A stretch of 49,143 bases of DNA from Parcubacteria group bacterium GW2011_GWA1_47_8 (GTDB taxonomy: Bacteria; Patescibacteriota; Minisyncoccia; Phycocordibacterales; UBA1550): contig LCOP01000006.1 in NCBI GenBank assembly GCA_000996605.1, forward strand, positions 1-49,143, given 5' to 3'. Both the position numbers and the translations under genes were made by a program. Position 1 is the first letter of the stretch; each line of letters opens with the position of its first letter. Positions 45,826-49,143 of the stretch are shown here, piece after piece. The notes under the pieces were generated by a model, which worked only from the letters and a program-made list of their open reading frames with translations, was not told the DNA's origin and did no database searches.

Positions 45826-45986
45826 AAAGGTAGTCGAAAGTAAAAAGTCGGAAAGTCGAAAGCAGATTTGTGTACCGCTGGCTTTATAGATTTTTGACAT
45901 TAAGACCTTCTGACTTGTTTAGTCTAGTTTATTTTTGGCTTTTTTACCAATGTGCGCTATGCTTTCGATAGTTTCATGAGAAATAT

Positions 45987-46058
45987 GCCCTCGTGGTGAA
46001 ATGGATATCACGACGGTCTTCGAAACCGTTGTTCCAGGTTCGAATCCTGGCGGGGGCA
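45987..46058 (+). tRNA. tRNA-Arg(TCG), CCA not encoded
   Basis: GCCCTCG acceptor stem, ACGGT-CTTCGAA-ACCGT anticodon arm, GGTTCGAATCC. Confidence 0.95.
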
Positions 46059-46112
46059 CAATAGTTAAAATAAAAAACACCGAGATTACCTCCAGTGTTT
46101 TTTGTTTTGATG

Positions 46113-46183
46113 TGCGGATAGGGAGAATCGAACTCCCACTCTCTCGTTGGCAACGAGGAATTCTACCACTAAATTATATCCGC
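46113..46183 (-). tRNA. tRNA-Gly(GCC), CCA not encoded
   Basis: GCGGATA...CTCG-TTGCCAA-CGAG...GGGAGTTCGATTCTCCC-TATCCGCA. Confidence 0.93.
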
Positions 46184-46861
46184 ATTTCCCCCATATAATT
46201 CCCTACTAGCAAGCATATCAGGGAATAACGAAACCCACAATAACATTTTTTCTTTAAAATATCTACTCGTGACAAGGACAGTACAAACACCGTGCCCGAG
46301 TCGTTTGGTTTTGTGTCTACCTTCTATAATAATACTTTTGTTGAAGGTGATATTTTGCAAACCTATCTCTTTTACCCAATATTCTTTACACTCTGTTTCC
46401 TGAATATCTGGGTATAAAAGGAGCCATGCTCTAATCTTTCTTTCATCAACCCCGCAAACCTCTTTGAGGAAGATCATGAATACCTTAATCATTGCTGGAT
46501 CGGTATTGGTTAGTGATACTCGATGAGGAGATGCCTTGTCCCCCTCGCCCCAATAGAGCATCACGCCCGCAACAAATGTTGGATGATATTGTAATATTTG
46601 AAAATCTTCTAGAGCCTCTCGTCGTGCCTGTTCATAGAGTCTTTTAAGGTGTTCTCCGCGGACTTTGTTGAGCGCCTCAATCCTGATCGTATGCCTTTTG
46701 CGCGCAACAATATTGAGGTCATTTTTGATTTTTTGTGACCATTCGGAGCCACTAAACCATGCAGATAGGGTGCTTCTCGGAACACGTAATTCCTTTTCGA
46801 TTTCACCATAGCTTTTGCCGAGCCTGCGAAGTTGTGTTGCCTGTTCTTTGTCCATACGCAT
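46169..46861 (-). CDS. HTH plus LAGLIDADG-like protein that overlaps the tRNA-Gly 5' end
   Basis: N-terminal LRRLGKSYGEI..ELRVPRSTLSAW HTH; AGVMLYWGEGDK, then TNTDP.MI..F..FL (LAGLIDADG-like helix and strand). Confidence 0.75.
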   Translation of the reverse strand: MRMDKEQATQLRRLGKSYGEIEKELRVPRSTLSAWFSGSEWSQKIKNDLNIVARKRHTIRIEALNKVRGEHLKRLYEQARREALEDFQILQYHPTFVAGVMLYWGEGDKASPHRVSLTNTDPAMIKVFMIFLKEVCGVDERKIRAWLLLYPDIQETECKEYWVKEIGLQNITFNKSIIIEGRHKTKRLGHGVCTVLVTSRYFKEKMLLWVSLFPDMLASRELYGGNADII

Positions 46862-47007
46862 ACTCCTAAAGTATAACACGGGAGTTCTATTTTTACTAAG
46901 ATTCTATGGGGAGTGCCAACTGTCGTTTTAATGTAAGACATTTCCAGCATAATACAACAGTATGTCAACGCCTGCGGACGTAAAATAAAGGCAAAATTAC
47001 CAAAAAC

Positions 47008-47037
47008 TGTGGATAACTCGGTGGATAGTGTTGATAA
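47008..47037. promoter_or_regulatory. Cluster of three DnaA-box-like 9-mers
   Basis: TGTGGATAA (perfect), GGTGGATAG, TGTTGATAA. Confidence 0.6.
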
Positions 47038-47088
47038 AGGACACTTTTTATACAATAAATCGGCACTTTTACGGGTATATTTTGTGGA

Positions 47089-47204
47089 TGTTTCACATGA
47101 AATGCTTGAAATATATAGGTATTTTAGGAAATATAACCTTTTTGGTCTATTTTAGGCACAAAATGTTACTTAGTAACATAAAATATTATGTTATTCATGA
47201 AACA
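47089..47204. promoter_or_regulatory. parS-like palindromes
   Basis: TGTTTCACATGAAATG (47089), ATGTTACTTAGTAACAT (47163) and TGTTATTCATGAAACA (47189), compared with consensus TGTTNCACGTGAAACA. Confidence 0.55.
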
Positions 47205-47252
47205 AAACCTAATAATTCGCCAGAATAATGATAAATTGCTAATATTGCAGAT

Positions 47253-47666
47253 ATGGAATTTACAGAGAAATCTAAGACCAGACAGACAAAAAGAGTCGGT
47301 ATTGGACAGCTCGGGGAGTCGATAGCGGCAAAATACCTTGAAAATAAGGGTTTTGCGATCATTTGTCGTAATTATCGGAAAAAATATGGGGAAATCGATA
47401 TTATTGCTCAAAATGGGGAAATCCTCCATTTTGTTGAGGTAAAAAGTGTTTCATGTGAAAATATCAACGTTTCCATTAATCAGCATAGACCAGAGGACAA
47501 TATTCACTCCAAAAAGCTAAGACGCCTTAGAAACACAATCCAAGTGTATCTTGCTGAAAAGTTTCGCGGAGATGAGCCGGAATGGGTTTTTGATGCCGTT
47601 ACCGTTCACATTGACGAGAAGAGTCGTCAAGCAAAGGTGAAATTTCTTGAAAACTTGATCCTTTGA
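47253..47666 (+). CDS. yraN: YraN (UPF0102) family nuclease
   Basis: GQLGE..A..YL..KG, RNYR..GEIDII, FVEVK. Confidence 0.93.
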   Translation: MEFTEKSKTRQTKRVGIGQLGESIAAKYLENKGFAIICRNYRKKYGEIDIIAQNGEILHFVEVKSVSCENINVSINQHRPEDNIHSKKLRRLRNTIQVYLAEKFRGDEPEWVFDAVTVHIDEKSRQAKVKFLENLIL

Positions 47667-47730
47667 AAATTTCATAATATACGAGTGATATGATAGTATT
47701 CTTTCATAGTTTTGAAGCGAATGACTGCGT

Positions 47731-47767
47731 CGGGGTGTAGTATACCGGTAGTACGTCTGCGTGGGGT
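47731..47767 (+). pseudogene. Isolated 5' half of tRNA-Pro(GGG)
   Basis: CGGGGTGTAGTATACCGGTAGTACGTCTGC-GTGGGGT is 29/30 identical to the downstream tRNA-Pro 5' half but has a different anticodon loop and no 3' half of its own. Confidence 0.75.
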
Positions 47768-47779
47768 TAAGTCTTGTGT

Positions 47780-47850
47780 CGGGGTGTAGTATATCGGTAG
47801 TACGTCTGCTTTGGGAGCAGATAGGCCGAGTTCGATTCTCGGCACCCCGA
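47780..47850 (+). tRNA. tRNA-Pro(TGG), CCA not encoded
   Basis: CGGGGTG...TCTGC-TTTGGGA-GCAGA...CCGAGTTCGATTCTCGG-CACCCCGA. Confidence 0.95.
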
Positions 47851-47874
47851 TCAAAAAGCTCACAAGAGCAGTTT

Positions 47875-48918
47875 ATGGACAACATCAAAAAATTGCAAAA
47901 AGGGGTAGGGCTTCATCGAAAATCTTTTGGCTTTGTTTCTGTTGCGGCAGCTCTTTTGGGGAATTTTATCGTAACGATTCTTAAGGCGGTCGGTTTTATG
48001 GTCTCCGGATCGAGTGCACTTTTTTCAGAAACGGTGCATAGTTTTGCTGATATGGCGAATCAGGCTCTCCTCATGGTGGGGATCGTGAAGAGTCGCCGTG
48101 CGCCTGATGAAGATTCTTCATATGGGTATGGCATGGAACGTTTCTTTTGGGCACTTGTTTCCGCCTGCGGGGTCTTCTTTGTTGGCGCAGGGGTTACTTT
48201 GTATCACGGGATTTCAGTGCTCCTTCATTCGGAAGAAATCACGTTCCACCCGATAATTTTCATAATCCTTATCGTTTCTTTTGTTGTGGAACTTCTTACG
48301 TTTTTGCTGGCATTTCGTGAACTGTGGAACGATAGGGAAGAGGAGGCGACTTTTTTTGAAGTATTGCAGGATGGCGACCCCACCGTGCTTGCTGTCGTGT
48401 ACGAAGACGGTGTTGCGGTGTTCGGGGTATTTGTCGCGGCAGTTGGTATTGGAATGTCGTATGTTACCGGTAATCCCGTGTGGGACGCCGTGAGTTCGCT
48501 CGTTATCGGCGGGCTCTTGGCGTGGGTTGCGGTCATTTTGATATTGAAGAATAAGCGTTTTTTGGTAGAACGGGCAATCCCTGAAGAGGTAAAGGAGCGC
48601 ATCATTGAGATGCTTGAAGAAGACCCGATGATAGAGCGCGTGCACGACTTCAAATCTTCGGTCGTGGGGCTAGGGAAGTATCGTGCAAAATGCGAGGTAG
48701 AGGTAAACGGCACGGCACTTTTCCGCGAGCTTTCAAATGGTGATATGCTGAAAGATGACTACGAAGTAGCCAAAGAAGACTATCAGGAGTTTGTGCGTTT
48801 CTGTGTGGAGTTTACCGACCGCGTGCCACGGGTGATTGGTACACGCATTGATGAGCTCGAAGCGCGCATACAAAAGGAGATTCCGGAAGTGAAACATATT
48901 GATATAGAAATTAATTGA
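47875..48918 (+). CDS. Cation diffusion facilitator transporter (ZnT9-like subfamily)
   Basis: GSSALFSETVHSFAD..NQ, YGYGMERF, VYED, WDAVSS, HIDIE. Confidence 0.9.
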   Translation: MDNIKKLQKGVGLHRKSFGFVSVAAALLGNFIVTILKAVGFMVSGSSALFSETVHSFADMANQALLMVGIVKSRRAPDEDSSYGYGMERFFWALVSACGVFFVGAGVTLYHGISVLLHSEEITFHPIIFIILIVSFVVELLTFLLAFRELWNDREEEATFFEVLQDGDPTVLAVVYEDGVAVFGVFVAAVGIGMSYVTGNPVWDAVSSLVIGGLLAWVAVILILKNKRFLVERAIPEEVKERIIEMLEEDPMIERVHDFKSSVVGLGKYRAKCEVEVNGTALFRELSNGDMLKDDYEVAKEDYQEFVRFCVEFTDRVPRVIGTRIDELEARIQKEIPEVKHIDIEIN

Positions 48919-48967
48919 GACGAAATATAATTTGTGCGTGTAGTACACTGGACCCCAGTACCAAAAA

Positions 48968-49042
48968 GCCCTCATCGTTCAACGGATAGGACACAAGCTT
49001 CCGAAGCTTGTAATGTAGGTTCGATTCCTACTGAGGGCACCA
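48968..49042 (+). tRNA. tRNA-Arg(CCG) with encoded CCA
   Basis: GCCCTCA...CAAGC-TTCCGAA-GCTTG...GTAGGTTCGATTCCTAC-TGAGGGCACCA. Confidence 0.95.
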
Positions 49043-49073
49043 GAAGTAACTTGTTCGGAATTAAGAATATGGA

Positions 49074-49138
49074 GCGATTTTGCGGAAGCCAAAATCGCGC
49101 TTTGATTTTCGCCAAAACCCTTTCCGCCTGCGGCGGAA
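49074..49138. repeat. Two short palindromic elements downstream of tRNA-Arg
   Basis: GCGATTTTG-CGGAAGC-CAAAATCGC and TTCCGCC-TGC-GGCGGAA. Confidence 0.7.
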
Positions 49139-49143
49139 GCCGT

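Noticed and set aside
46878..46920. GGGAGTTCTATT and TGCCAAC resembling the tRNA-Gly T-arm and anticodon upstream of the LAGLIDADG-like ORF
   Set aside because: The matches are short, on the opposite strand and in the wrong order for a duplicated tRNA or att site
47761..47874. N-terminal extension of the CDF ORF
   Set aside because: It runs through tRNA-Pro; the ATG at 47875 is the plausible start
1..49143. CRISPR array or cas genes; rRNA
   Set aside because: No regularly spaced repeats, Cas motifs or rRNA sequence were seen

Overview
Chromosomal origin region of a small-genome bacterium, very probably Patescibacteria/CPR (Parcubacteria-like). This placement is inferred from gene content: the PrgI-VirB4-VirB6 locus, a DPYRE-ending protein, a short YebC and mostly SD-less genes. 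Core genes: yebC-ruvC, tyrS, PBP1A, dnaN-dnaA with oriC DnaA boxes, rpmH-rnpA-yidD-yidC, a T4SS-like envelope locus, rsmA, pcrA, LysM/M23, comM, a pilin, dksA, NYN, rpsO, xerC/D, xth, a ParD/RelE-type toxin-antitoxin pair, HIT, a broken cca, four tRNAs, yraN and a CDF transporter. Most interesting signals: (1) a TrmB-divergent operon at 40.8-42.8 kb with a consensus sigma70 promoter, five boxA-like motifs, about 600 nt of ORF-free hairpin-rich sequence, strong SD-led small genes and an uncalled 58-aa ArfA/BrfA-like ORF with a terminator before its stop codon; (2) three ~50-bp near-perfect palindromes with unrelated arms but a shared TAC(T/G)AT(A/G)GTA centre; (3) palindromic elements inserted in-frame in ruvC and pcrA; (4) a tRNA-Pro(GGG) 5' half in tandem with a full tRNA-Pro(TGG); (5) a LAGLIDADG-like ORF ending inside tRNA-Gly; (6) an IS3-type end truncating an MmeI-like R-M gene; (7) a cluster of parS-like sites and DnaA boxes about 37 kb from oriC. 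All calls were made by eye and no database searches were run.
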